Shown: positions 13,155-25,620 of the stretch, in pieces
Position numbering within the stretch: the stretch's first letter is position 1
Layout: each line of letters starts with the position of its first letter
Origin: Lama guanicoe
Taxonomy: Eukaryota
Direction: 5' to 3'
NCBI GenBank assembly: GCA_013239625.1
Contig: MU053873.1
Span: forward strand, 2,618,524-2,682,523
Length of the DNA: 64,000 nt
Notes under the pieces: generated by a model
The model's input: only the letters and a program-made list of their open reading frames with translations
What the model was told of the DNA's origin: nothing
The model's database searches: none
Program-made: the position numbers and the translations under genes

Positions 13155-13350
13155 TCTGCCCCAGTAAAATACAGGACAATTCTTTGAATTTCAGAGAAAT
13201 GGCAAATACTCTTCCAGTAGAATAAGTATGTCCCAAATATTTCATGAGACATACTTTACTTCAAAAAAATCAGTCACTGCTGATCGGAAATTCAAAGCTA
13301 ACTGGGCACCCAGTTGTGTTCTGTTTTGTTTTGGTAAATCCGGCAACTGG
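13155..13350. mobile_element. MER53-like palindromic hAT MITE inserted in a MIR
   Basis: taaaatacagga...tttgaatttcaga...aagtatgtcccaaatatttcatgagacatactt...gaaattcaaa..aactgggcacc...ggcaac. Confidence 0.8.
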
Positions 13351-14967
13351 GTGACCCTGGACACAACACAGCACCTCACTGTGCTTCTGTCAAATAGAGA
13401 AAGTGATCATCTATTCTTGTATAAAAACAGTATCAACAGGGTTGCCGTTCGGATTAAATGAGATGATACGTGAAAAGAATTTAAAGAGAATCAAGGTCCG
13501 AGCTAGTTGGGGTTAAAGTTCTCATGTTCACACACAATTTGCGACGTTCAGGACAGAAATGGCCAAACGTGATGAACGGAGGAGCCTAACAACCACTCAG
13601 TTAATGTGGGTCAGCAGGACTACTGCCTCCATGCCTTCGCCCGTGCTGTGCCTGCACCTCGCCCACCCTCCTCCCCTCCTGACTAATTCCTGTAGGTCCT
13701 AGAGGGCTCAGCCTGCTGCAAGCTCTCTGACTCTCTCCTCCCCTGGTCCTAATCCCAGTCACATGCTTCCTGGGAGCTGTCATTGTCCACTTCATCTCAG
13801 ACCCTTACCTCCCACCCAAAAGGAGAGGCAGTGTCTTATTCCTCTTTGCCTACCCAAGCATACAGTAAGTACTCAATATGTGTTGAATGGGTGAATGCAT
13901 ACATAGTACTCAAGACTCAGAGACTATTATCTTATACCCTGAGGCATGGCAATAACCAAAATGTAAGTGCCTGAAGGTGGGGTGGGGTCCGCCCTGCTCT
14001 CTTGCTGTATCCCCAGCATCCGGAAGGCACCCAACAAGACATGTTCAGTTAATCCAGATTGCTAACATTGAGCACTGTCTTCACAGCCCTGTGCCAAACC
14101 CTTGAGTTAAACAAGTTCTCAACTATTAATTCTCATGACAAGCTAGTGCAGTAGATGCTTGTGTTATGCCCATTCTACAGATGAGGACGCTGAGGCACAG
14201 AGCAATCAAGTAAAGCCTTTTGCTCAAGATGACACCGCTGTACGTGGAGGAACCACACCTAAACCAGGACGCTGCACTGAGTCCAGTGCCCATCCTCTAC
14301 CGAGGCTCCACTCAGGGGCTTCAGAGTGGGACAGGCCTGGCGTGAACATGGATTCTCACCTCCAGAGAGTGACCTCAGCAAATCTCTTCTCTTCCCTGAG
14401 TTTCAATTCCTTCCATTCATAAAGTGGAGCAGATGAATTAACCAATGCACACAATGTGTGGGAAATGCACACAGTCGGTGCTCAATAATGGATGGTCTCC
14501 CTGGTGGTCATAAAAGTCACGGTAAGGGGAAGACAGAGCGGCCTTCTCTTCTGGGGCAAAAGAAAATGTGGTGGTTGCTAAATTCCTCCTACAGGCAGAA
14601 AAATAGCTGGAGAGATTTCCATTAAGATTTTTCTCCAGCAATCGGTGTCCTTGGCAGGCTACAGGGTCGGGGAGTGAGTTTAAGATGCCTGGAGCCCCCA
14701 GTCCACCAGCGGAGGCTGGAGACAGGAGACAGGAGTAAGGCAGGGAATTCTTCAAGACTCCCAGGAAACCTCCCCCTCATCTGGCCACTGAACCCCACAC
14801 AAAAGTCAGAGGCAGTGGGATGGAATGGAGGGCTGCTTTGGGGCCTTGAGGCATAGTGGGGTACATCCTGTCGGAATCAGGATTTAGATCCTGTACTCAG
14901 ATCCTGTCCCCCGCCAGGCAATTTCTGCCAATTTGTTCTTCCACCAAAAGTCTCACTGGTTTCTGAC

Positions 14968-15490
14968 TTCATTCATTTATTAAATAAGTTTTTCTGGACA
15001 TCTGCTATGTGTTGGTACCATCCACCCTTGGCTCTGAGAATTCAGTGATAAACAAACAGACGTGGTTCTTGCCCCTCATGGATTGCTCACAGTCTAAGAC
15101 CGGGAAGGGAGGACAGATAGAGTAGGCTGATGGGGAAATCCAAGGGAGCTGTCAGCACTCAGAGGAGACACCTGACCCACTTGGGGGATCAAGGAAGGCC
15201 TCCCAGAGGAGATGACATTTAAGCTGAGACGGGAAGAATGAGTGGGATGAGGCATGCAGTGGAGAGAATGCTCCAGAGAGAAGGAATCATGAGACAAAGG
15301 TTCCAGATGGAGACTGAACATCTGCAGAGGAGGAAGTAAGCTTGGGTTAGCACTGGGAGATGAGGCTGCTGAGGTGAGTAGGGCCAGATTATGCATGACA
15401 TTGAAGGCTGCAGTGAGAATGTGTAGCTTTTGCAAGGGTACTAGGGAGCTATAGAGGGTTTTCTGCAGGTGGAGGGACATGGTCAGATTT
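14968..15490 (-). mobile_element. L2 3' region
   Basis: ttcattcatttatt start; aaggaaggcctcccagaggagatgacatttaagctgaga; ggcc agattatg...ggacatggtcagattt. Confidence 0.8.
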
Positions 15491-16929
15491 TTCCCACAGC
15501 ACTAAATACAAACCCCTCTGCCTCCCCTCTCCTCCGAGGCTAGTATGACCCCACTAGTCCCGGCCACTTGCCTTATCCAGAATCTTCCTGGACCCCCAAC
15601 TCTACACTCGCTCTCTCTCTGCCTACATCTTCCACCCAGACACACTAACCTTGGCCTTCAGCAGAGCAAACAGTCCCAGATCTGGATGAGACAGACCCAG
15701 CTCCAAATCCAGCCTCTGCAGCCTCTGGACAAGCTGAACCAGGCCATGACCTCTCTAAGACCCAGCTGGCTCCTCTGTAAAATGGGAATAATCATAGTGT
15801 CCACCGCACCAAGTTACTATAAGGTAAATGAGGGGTGTCTTGAAAGGGCCTGGCCCTGACACCTGTGGTTTTCTTGCCTCCTTCCAAGAAGCATGCCGCC
15901 TCCTGCAGGCAGCCCTCCCTCTCTTCTCCAGCCCTCAGAAGCACTTCCTGTTTGCGAGGCCCCCAGGTAGCATGGGCAGGAAGTAGCTGGAAGATGAGAA
16001 ACGTGTCTCCCCACAGCAATCAGAAACCATTTGGGATCAGAGACTGCGAGTCTTTCCCAACAGAGCCTAGGGAGTCTGCCGGGGAAAAGGACATCTCATG
16101 ATGCGGGGGAGATGGACAGACAGACAAACCGAAAGGTTCTGAGGAGCTAAGCGAGGGTCCCGGTGAACGTCAGGACTTCAGCTATTTATTTTCTGGGAAA
16201 ACCGCCCTCCTTGGAGCCAGACTGGTAAGCAGGCCGCCAGCGCGTACAGGGCACCGGGGGCGGGCTGATGCCTTCGCCGTGACCGCTCCCCGCGGCGGCC
16301 TCCGCGAGCGGACGGATGGGGCTCCTCAGCAGGAGAGGGGCTGCGCCTGAGGCCACTCCACCCCGGCAGAGGGTACCACATGCCCACCACTCCACCCAAA
16401 TGGCCTCCGGGTCAGAGCTCAGCCTACCTTCCTCCATCTCAGCGTGGCCGGGAAGTAGGGGCTCCCGGGCATGCGCGATGCGGGGCTGGGGGTGGGGGGA
16501 AGAAGAACAGACCCACCGGGGGCCCCCAGGGCGCCTGGAACCCACAATGCAGTGGGCTGGCCATCATTGCTGCCCTGATGCTGGTCGCCTCTCCCAGGTG
16601 TCTCCCTCCAGGGCACCTCAGACTCCTGATCCGGTCTGGGCCTCAGCCTCTCCATCTACATAATAATGATGTATAACCCTCAGCAATAATGACTCCCACC
16701 TACCCGACTCCCAAAGTGAAGAATCTGGCAGGAACATCAATGATCATCGATAATCAATAGTTACCAGGAGCTCCCACTTAGCTCCAGGCGGGTTACCTAG
16801 AAACGCCCCATCCTTATTTCACGATAGTCACTTGTCTAAATCCCTGTAGCCAGTGAGCAGCAATTAAATGAAACAGCCCCCAGGCAGTTCCCTCTTAGAA
16901 GGGGCCAGCACTGTTCCGCTTTAAAACAA

Positions 16930-17065
16930 TCATCTAATATTCACAGCCATGCTGTGGATTATCAGCCCCATTTTATAAGAGAAGAAACTGAGGTTCAGAG
17001 AGGGAGAGTAACTTGCACAAGGTCACACAGCAAGTTAGAATAAGGCCTGGAACTCCAACCCAGTT
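16930..17065 (-). mobile_element. MIR SINE
   Basis: cccattttataagagaagaaactgaggttcagagagggagagtaacttgcacaaggtcacacagcaag. Confidence 0.85.
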
Positions 17066-19583
17066 CTCTCCATGTTCTTAGACCAGCTGGAAGAATTTCT
17101 AGAGAGGCCGAGGAGGAGAGGCAGGACATCCCACCCAGACCACCCTCCATCCTGCAGTATGAAGACCCCCTTCTTCGCTTTGCTCAGAAGCCAGAAGCCA
17201 AATCATTCCCGTCTTTGAAAAGTAAACTTCTCCTCCTGCCCCTCCCTCTCCCCCAGCAGCTGCCCCCTTCCCTCAGTTTCCTCCCTCCCCCCCTCTCTCC
17301 CATTCTCCAGCACAAAGAGTTGCCAAGGTAACCGCATCACCAACGACTTCCCTCTTTGTCTGGGGCACTCTGAGGAAATTTATAAACCAAGTCGCTGCTC
17401 ACTGACCCCTGATGACCCCCACAGGGCAGTCCAGCCCTGGACCACTCCTTCAAGGACCCCTCACCCCACCCCACCCATTTCAGCAGATTATACCCTGGTG
17501 GCAACTCCTGCTCACAAACTCCAGGTCCCAAGATGCAAGAGGCTGGGGTCCGGGGGGGGGGGAGGTGTTTTGGGCGTCAACTTTTAGAAAATAAACTGCA
17601 GGAACACTGTGGGAGGAGGCACAAAGAACACGCTATGTGCTTGGCACTGGGCTGGACATTGTGTATAGTTCAACTGATAATGCCTTCTATGTGCCTGAAA
17701 CCGCAAAGCACCTTGGGTGCACTGCGAATAGCACCTACTAGGTGCTTAGGCCTTTGCTAGACACTGAATGGGCACAGACTATGGTCCCTACTATGTGCTT
17801 CCCTCTGTGCTAAGAGGATGGAGAGGTGTTGGCCAATGAGGTAGATCTGAGAACTAATCATGGAGGGTAGGCATCTGAGCCTAGCTCTGGAAATCCAACT
17901 TGGACATACAACGAGTAAGGGTTGGAAAAATTGGATACCGGGGAAATTGATACTCCCTGAGGGATAACCATGTACCAGGTAAGTCCCTTGCACTAAGCAA
18001 CAAAGTCAGGATTTGAAGTCAGATGCATCTAATTCCACGTCCCCTTGCCCCTGCTAGGGTACCTGATGATATTTCTGTTGGCAGAGCCCCCACCAGCCTG
18101 AGGTGGACAGAGGGCATGAACAAGAAGTCAACTTTTGCTGTTTTGTGCCACTAAGATTTGAACCACCTTGATTAAGATTTAGGGGCTGTGTGTTACTGCA
18201 GTATATCCCAACCCTTTCTGACTGTTACACCAGCAGTCCAAATCAAAACCCTGAGCCTGGCTCTCATTAGCTAGATTGGTTCAGGAGTCCCACCACTGAG
18301 CCAATCACCAGAGGCCAAGGGCAGGAGCGCTCTGATTGGCTTAGGTTCACATGCCTGCCTCCAGATGTGGGAGAAGGGCATGCAGCCCCACTTAAACTGG
18401 TAGACTGGGGATGGCAGAGGACTCCTTAAGAAAGTGGGGTGCTGTCACCAGAAAAAGGAACAGATGCTAAAGAGGCAAAACCAACAGATGTCCACTTGAG
18501 GGGCCTCGTGGCAGGGTGCTGCACTGCTTTATGTCTTCCCTCAAATACCCCTTTACTTTAATTACACTGGACTCCTCCCACTCAAAACATTCTACTTTTA
18601 CTTTCTTTGTTTTCCCTTATAACATCTACTGCCCTCCATATACTCTACAAATCTTAATTATCTTCCCCCATCACTAACTAGACTGTAGCTTCAATGAAGT
18701 CAGGAATGTGTGTCTGTGTCCACCGCTGATCCCCAGGGCAATCCCTGCACACAGGAGGTGCTTCATCAGAATTTGGTGAATAGCTGCATCTATGAAAGGA
18801 GGAGGTGACAGTTCAGTTGGCAACACAGCTCAGACATGCCCAAAATTTTTTTCAGAATATTTGAACCTCTCATTTTGGGAGGCAGCACTCCACTCCGTAC
18901 AATCTTACAGGATAAGCATGCATGGAGGAAGGGTTGAATGGGGGGCTTCCCCCCAAAAACCACTTTCTGCAGAACTTAGCCAAGGGTTGTGGGGTGACGC
19001 CCCAAATCAGAAGGACCTCAAATCAGAAATCCTCAACCCTGACTCTTGCAGCCTTTAGTCCCCTGGATCTACTGGGAACAAGGGTCCAAGAAACTTGGAA
19101 GACAAAAGCAGGGTTCCTGGGGAGCCAGCTTGCTGGGGCGGTTCCATCTCATAGTGCTACTGCTGCCCCTGCAAGTTCACTTCCCCAGGTATGACTGATG
19201 CTTCCAGATGAGCTTTTTTCCTCTACTTTTTGGATTCTGCTCTGGAATTTTTTTCTCCTTGGCCTTTTCCTGGGTCAATGCAGTCCTGATATTTGATTTA
19301 CTGTTAACAGTATTGACTGCATAGGATTGAGCCAAGAAATGGAAGAAATTGCTTTTTCGTTCTTTCTAGCTCCTGGTTGACAACTCAGTCTTAGCGCCGG
19401 TTTGGCCAAGCCTGGCCAATGCTCTACACAGCAAAGGGAGTGGGTTTTTGTGCCTTTGTGGCTGGAATGTGACCCAGGGAAGGAAATGAACAAAGGATTG
19501 TCAGCTAAAGAGGGTCCCGCACCTGCCTCCCAGCCAGGTTTTCCCTCCCAGATAAGATAAAGGCTTGGAGAGGTGGTGCTTCC

Positions 19584-19750
19584 AATTCAACCAGCCTTGG
19601 ATTGCAGCTGTGTGGCCTTGGGCAAGTCACTTAACCACTCTGAGCCTCTGTTTCCACATTCATTTGATGGAGGTATAATACCCTCCTTACAGGTGAACTG
19701 TAAAGTGATCATGCATGAGAAACCCTTTGAATTGAGCCTGTCATCATAAA
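19584..19750 (+). mobile_element. MIR SINE
   Basis: gctgtgtggccttgggcaagtcacttaaccactctgagcctctgtttcc. Confidence 0.85.
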
Positions 19751-19885
19751 AGCAGAATCTTCTGTATCTGTCATCACCATCATCTTCACAATCATTATTA
19801 CTGCGAGATTGCTGTTCTGTCCAAATACAGAAACAAGCACTCACTCTATTTAGAGAAAATGATGTAGGGAGCCTGGAGATTTTTT

Positions 19886-20381
19886 GACATTTATTTATTG
19901 TGATTAAATACACATAACATAAAGTTTACCATTTTAACCACTCTAAAGTGTACCATTCAATGGCATTAAGTCCATTCACATTGTTGCACAACCATCACCA
20001 CTATCCAATGCCAGGAATTTTTCCTCTTGCAAAACTGGCACTCTGTGCCCATTAAACACTAATTACCAGCTTTCCCCTCCCACCAGCCCCTGGCAAACCC
20101 CGTTCTACTTTCTGTCTCTATGAATTTGACTATTCTGGGTACCTCATATGAGTGGACTCATGTAGTAGTCATCCTTTTGTGACTGGCTTATTTCACTCAG
20201 CATAATGTCAAGGTTCATCCATATTGTAGCCTGTATCAGTATTTCATTTCTTTTTATGGCCGAATAATATTCCATTGTAGAGACAGACCACATCGTGTTT
20301 ATCCATTCTTCTGTGGACGGACACTTGAGTGTCTTCCACCTTTTGGCTACTGTGAATAATGTAGCTATGAATATGAATAAA
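19886..20381 (-). mobile_element. Older L1 (L1MA/MB-like) 3' end
   Basis: aaagtttaccattttaaccact...ttctactttctgtctctatgaatttgact...gaataatattccattg; bracketed by GCCTRGAG(A)TTTTT copies. Confidence 0.9.
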
Positions 20382-20396
20382 GCCTAGAGTTTTTTT

Positions 20397-20775
20397 GTAC
20401 TTTTTACTGAAATAGAGTTGTGCTACAATATTATATAAGTTACAGGTATACAATATTGTGATTCACAATTTTTTAAAGTTATACTCTATCTGTAGTTATT
20501 ATAAAATATTGGCTATATTCTCTGTGTTGTACAAAATATCCTTGTAGCTTATTTTATGCATAATAGTTGATATCTCTTACTCCCCTACTCCTATATTGCT
20601 CCTCCCCACTTCCCTTACCCCGCTGGTAACCACTAGTCTGTTCTCTGTATCTGTGAGTCTGCTTCTTTGTTATATTCACTAGTTTGTTATACTTTTTCAG
20701 ATTCCACATATAAGTGATATGCAGTATCTGTCTCTGACTTCTTTCACTTAGCATAATGACCTCCAAGTCCACCTC
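20397..20775 (-). mobile_element. Younger artiodactyl-type L1 3' end
   Basis: ggtaaccactagtctgttctctgtatctgtgagtctg...cagattccacatataagtgat; TSD GCCTAGAG at 20382 and 20776. Confidence 0.9.
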
Positions 20776-21213
20776 GCCTAGAGATTTTTAAGATGTAGTA
20801 ATAATACTCCGTCTTCTCTCAAATGAGAGGTTAGCTGCCCCTGTTCCTCGGTGTTCTCAGCAAATATTCAGAGCTCCTCTCCTGGACCACACATGAACTC
20901 ACACTCAGGAAATACCATGATGAGCAAGGCAGGCACTGCCCTGCCCTCCCAGAACTCACAGCCTTGTGGGGAACAGATGAACAAGCACACATCCAAGTAG
21001 AGACATTGTGACAAAGTGTATTGAGTGATAGGAGGGGGAGAAAAGAGGAAGCTGTGAAAGAAAAGGGGAGGGCATTGCTTTATCTGAACTGGAAGGATGC
21101 TCATAGGAGGAACCTCCAGGATAAGCTCATTCCCAGTAAAAGATGAAAGCCGTCTGCACAATGGCAGGGAGTTTCTGCCATTCAACACCCAATTATCAAA
21201 GAGAACACGGTTA

Positions 21214-21873
21214 CAGTGATCTGTGGCATACGCCGTGCCAGCTCATGCCAGCCCATGAGAGCCGATGGCTAAATTTCCAGGAATTTTGTGGACCGGTTGT
21301 GAAATGTGCCCATGATTAAAAATTAAATTCCATAAACTTATAATTAAATAAAATAAGCAAAACTTACCACTTCCTAATTATTTGACCACATTTTATTATC
21401 ATTGCTCTTGAAGTTGTTTACATCCATCACTCCTATTTGGTGGAAACCCACCTGATGGTATCTGTGCATCTCCCAACTCCACTCTCCACCACATCACGAT
21501 GGTAGCTTGAAATTAGCCCCAGTAGGAATATTTCCAGACATTAGTAAATGCTCCAAGCCAGGGTTTGATTTATTATTGATTTTATTCTCTAGAAAGTGAT
21601 GTAATAAAATGTTAATAAAGCAGGTTAAACGTAAAGATAGGGTGTGTCCATTGCTGTTCTGTGTGGAAGCATAAACAGTGGAGGAAATATTCTTCCAGCC
21701 TTGGAAACCCATTATTCAATTCAGGAAGCAGTTGCCCACAACACTGAACCAGTAAAGTCCCAACATCTATCTCTGTTGTTTTGTTGTTTTTTACTCCTCA
21801 ACATAAACAAAAACATTAACCATGATCCATATTAGAGCTACACGTTAAATGTGAAACATGTACCAGCACACTG
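21214..21873 (+). mobile_element. MER63-like hAT-Blackjack non-autonomous DNA transposon
   Basis: gagagccgatggctaaatttccaggaattttg...ggtagcttgaaatt...; terminal taccagcacactg. Confidence 0.8.
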
Positions 21874-22127
21874 TGGAGCCATTACAATGCCTTTAAAATT
21901 ACAAACAAGAGCTAATGGGTTTTTGGTTTGGTTTGGGTTTGGTTTTTACTATTTCTGGACATGGAAAAGCATTTAATGAAAGGTAGTTTTGTCACTTCAA
22001 GGTAGTGGGCCATTCAGGTGGCCTGTGAGGACACTCGGTTGGAGTGTCTGAAATCAGGGCTGCTCCAGAAAACCCTCAGAATCATCATTCTTAGAAAGCA
22101 GCCTGACGACATCAACTGGCTGGCGGT

Positions 22128-22285
22128 GGGGGCAGAAAAAGGTCAGTGATAGACACGTGCTTAGCACGCACGAGGTCCTGGGTGCAATCCTCAGTACCTC
22201 CATTAAAAATAAACAAAGAAATAAATAAACCTAATCCCCCCCCCAAAAATAAGTATGTCATTAAAATGTTAATTTTTTTTTAAAA
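22128..22285 (+). mobile_element. Vic-1-like tRNA-derived SINE (camelid)
   Basis: tRNA-like head gtcagtgatagacacgtgcttagcacgcacgaggtcctgggtgcaatcctcagtacctcca followed by ttaaaaataaa..aaataaacctaat-cccccc; degenerate flanking repeat atcaactggctg / atcagctagttg. Confidence 0.8.
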
Positions 22286-22479
22286 ATCAGCTAGTTGTTA
22301 GAAGGACTGATGGCTAAGCTGATTCCACTGCCACTGTCTATGCATAAGCTTGGGGAATTTTCTGAGCCCCAGGTTCCTCCGCTATAAAAATTAGGATAAG
22401 ATGCCTTCCTTGACTACATCCCAGAGAGGCATGGGAATTAGGCACTGCTGAGTGAGTCGGGACTCGTCTGGACGCAGGT

Positions 22480-22885
22480 GATAGACAGCCAATGTAAACT
22501 AGCTTAGGAGAGAAAGGGGGGATTCACTGGTTCTCAACATTTGGATACTGGGGTAGTTCAAACATTCAAAGGAAAAGCTCTTGTTTCTCGCTTTTCTCTC
22601 ATCTCATGATGGTTTCACTCACCTTCTCTAAATACACCTTCTACCTTCTCTGTGTGGCTGGTACCTGCCCTCCAAACTTAAGTGGAGGAGAAGCTTCATC
22701 CAATGGGGTCCATGTATCAATCCCACAGACGGGCTCTCATTGGCCTTCCTTGGGTCATGTGTTTGTCTCTTGCACCAATCACCATCACCATAGGGATAAG
22801 ACTCTGTGATTGGTCAGACCTGGGTCATGGGACCACTTCTGCAGCCAGGGTGGGCAGAATCTCTTTCTAGAGGAAGGGGGTTGGG
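22480..22885 (-). mobile_element. Old MLT1 (MLT1J/K-like) LTR
   Basis: ctctcattggccttccttgggtcatgtg...accaatcacc...tgattggtcagacctgggtcatg. Confidence 0.65.
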
Positions 22886-23479
22886 AAAGCTTTCTAGGCA
22901 GATAAAATTCATCAGTCCTCTCTGGGAGGTGAACGTGTGCTGGAAAGATTAAAGCAATAAGCATGAAGGATGAGAACAATTATTCTCAGAATAAAGGGAC
23001 AAGGTTGTCTGTATCTTACACATGGACTTAATTCATTTAACAAACCATCTTTTCATGGTGTAAAATTGATCCCGTAGCTCCAGGCTGGAAACCTGGCAAA
23101 GACCTCAAGACCCAGATCCTGCCCACATCCGTGGACTCATTTTGGACCTCTCATCTCTCACAGTGCCCCAGCCCCAGTGGGCTTCAGTTTCATACTGTGT
23201 CTCTCCCTTTTCTTCCTCAAAATCTTTCACATGTGTTTCCTCTGCCTAGAATGTTTTTCCCCCTAACTCCTTAACCCCAGTTCATCTTTCTAATCTATTT
23301 CCCTCTTAAGCGTCATAGACAATAGAGACACTTGTCTTGCTCACAGGACATCCCCACGGCTGAGCCACAGCACAAGGCACAGAGTAGATACAAAACAAGC
23401 ATTTCTGAAATGAATAAATAAATGAGTATTTGTTATTCCAAGGATAAAAGAGTCACAAATTTCCTGCCTTTACGCACAG

Positions 23480-24060
23480 ATTCATTCATTCTTTCATTCT
23501 GCTAATACCGCGTGGGCTGGGAGATACAACAGTAAACAAGAAAGCCTTCTTGCCTTCCAGGAGATCCCGGTTTAATGGGAGAAGGTGGCAGAGAGAGTCA
23601 CACAGGGAACTGGCACAAAGTGAGCATGAGGGCAGGGACACCGATGGAGCAGAGAACACTATTTGCGAAGACAGCAAACACTTCCCAGACAAGGTGAAGC
23701 CCAAGGTAAGTCATAGATTCATAGAAGTTAGGTGAGTGAAGGAGGCAGATCTAAGGGGGTGGTACTGGGGTGAGAAGGAGGTAATTCCAGGCAGAGGGAA
23801 GAGTGATGTAAAATTTGGAGGCTCATTGGACAAAACATTGTTTGCAGACAGAGAGGGAAAGAGAGCACACACGCACACCGTAGAGGGAGGTTTGTAACGA
23901 TTCGGGAGGCTGACTCTGGAGAGACTGAGGCACGAGGCATACCCAGAATGGCCTTGCAGCCATCCTAAGGAGACTGGACTTGATCCAAACGGGGCCATCA
24001 GATCCCACTAAAGTATATTAAGCAGGAGCATGGACATGGCCACACTGTGTATCACAGAGA
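23480..24060 (-). mobile_element. L2 fragment
   Basis: ttcattcattc start; aattccaggcagagggaa; ttaagcaggagcatggacatg. Confidence 0.7.
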
Positions 24061-25394
24061 CCTCTTCAGGTGGTCCATCGCCTACGGAACACAAGGTAAG
24101 ATTAATATCACTTTAAGGGCTTCAATTTAGACAAACTCATGATTCCATGGGAGGGGCAGATGGGGAGGTCTGACAAGGTCCTGCCTTTGGAGCCGATATT
24201 ACAATCCCTGCCATTTAGAATCCTCACATTCTAGTTTCCCAGAAGCAAAGACTCATAGAAATAAGAGAAACCCTGCCTCTTAGACCCAGGAAAAGGGAGG
24301 TACAGCACCTCCATCTGGCAGAGGACAGGAGGATGCAAGGTGGACACCTAAAGTCACAGCATTGCAGGGACCTGAAATCACAGAATTAGAAGCCAATAAC
24401 ATCTCTCTTCGCCAGCACAGGGGACTCAGTGGCGTTCGGTAGCCCACGCCCTATGAAATGACACAGGAATCCTCTCGGGAAGGTGGCCGTGGTCTCCCTA
24501 AACCTCTTTCATGCACGGTCCCACTGGGGCATCTGGTCACCCTCCCATGGCTGCCTCTTACGAAGTGCCCACCCTACACCCCGTCTGAGCTACCCCCCCG
24601 CAGCCTTCTGACCTCTGACCCACTCCTTCCTGCTGGAGCATGAATATTTTCTTAGCTAGCATCGGTCCTTAAAGATAAATGCAGTTTTATTTCTCCCTCA
24701 CCTCCCAGGGTGCCAAAGTTCAACTCAATTTTCTTAGATTAAATAAAATTTCAAAGTGTCAGTCTCTGGCAAACGACGAGTTGGAAGGTGGTTGATTTTC
24801 CTAACCCGATCGCCAGTCCAATTACAATTTTTAATCTATATGTAGATAATGGTGAACAAAACCCCATAGAAATGTCAAGAGTGAGGAGGTTATTAGCTTA
24901 GTTTTAATTACTGTCCATCATTCTTAGCAACTGGAGGGACCCAGCAAATTAGGGAAGGCGGCATTCCTCCGGAAGAGTTCAGCCAGGCCCCTGGGCTGCG
25001 GTTCGAGGAAACCATCCCCGCAAGGAGACAGTCCAGGGAGCAGCCAGCGCACATCCCCCACACCAGCCCCGCCACGAGTTCCTGCCCAGGGAGGCCTGCG
25101 GACTTGGACTTGGGCAGAATCAGTCACAGCTGCTGATGCGATGTGACCGCAGACCTCCCTCCTCCAGCATCCCTGCAGGCTGCGCGCCTCTCCCCCGTGC
25201 TCCCACCCTCTTTGTGTCTAAAATATACCTAGAGGTTATACTTTTGTCTTGATGATAAAAGTAACACATGCTTATTGTAGGAGGATGTTTGGAAAATTGG
25301 GGAAAATGAAATGGAGGAAAGAAAAAAAACTTATCCTAATCTCACCCACTAAGACAACTGTTAATATTTGGGGTTATTTCCAGTATTGTGAATG

Positions 25395-25620
25395 TGTGTA
25401 TACATATATACGTACATATATATGTACATGCATACACAAATAAATAAAATAAAACATATAATACAAGTATCTATATATAAAATATGTAATAAAATAAATA
25501 TACACTTAATATTAAATTTATTGTACAGTGTATAATATGGTCTTAATTTATAATATTTATATTAGTATAAAAATAATTATAAGTAAATTATAATATATGA
25601 TATTATAATTATACACACAC
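25395..25620. repeat. AT-rich low-complexity/(TA)-like tract inside old L1ME-like sequence
   Basis: Seen directly; nearly all A/T. Confidence 0.85.

Noticed and set aside
22140..22202. tRNA-like sequence
   Set aside because: Degenerate A/B boxes followed by a SINE tail, so it is a SINE head rather than a tRNA gene
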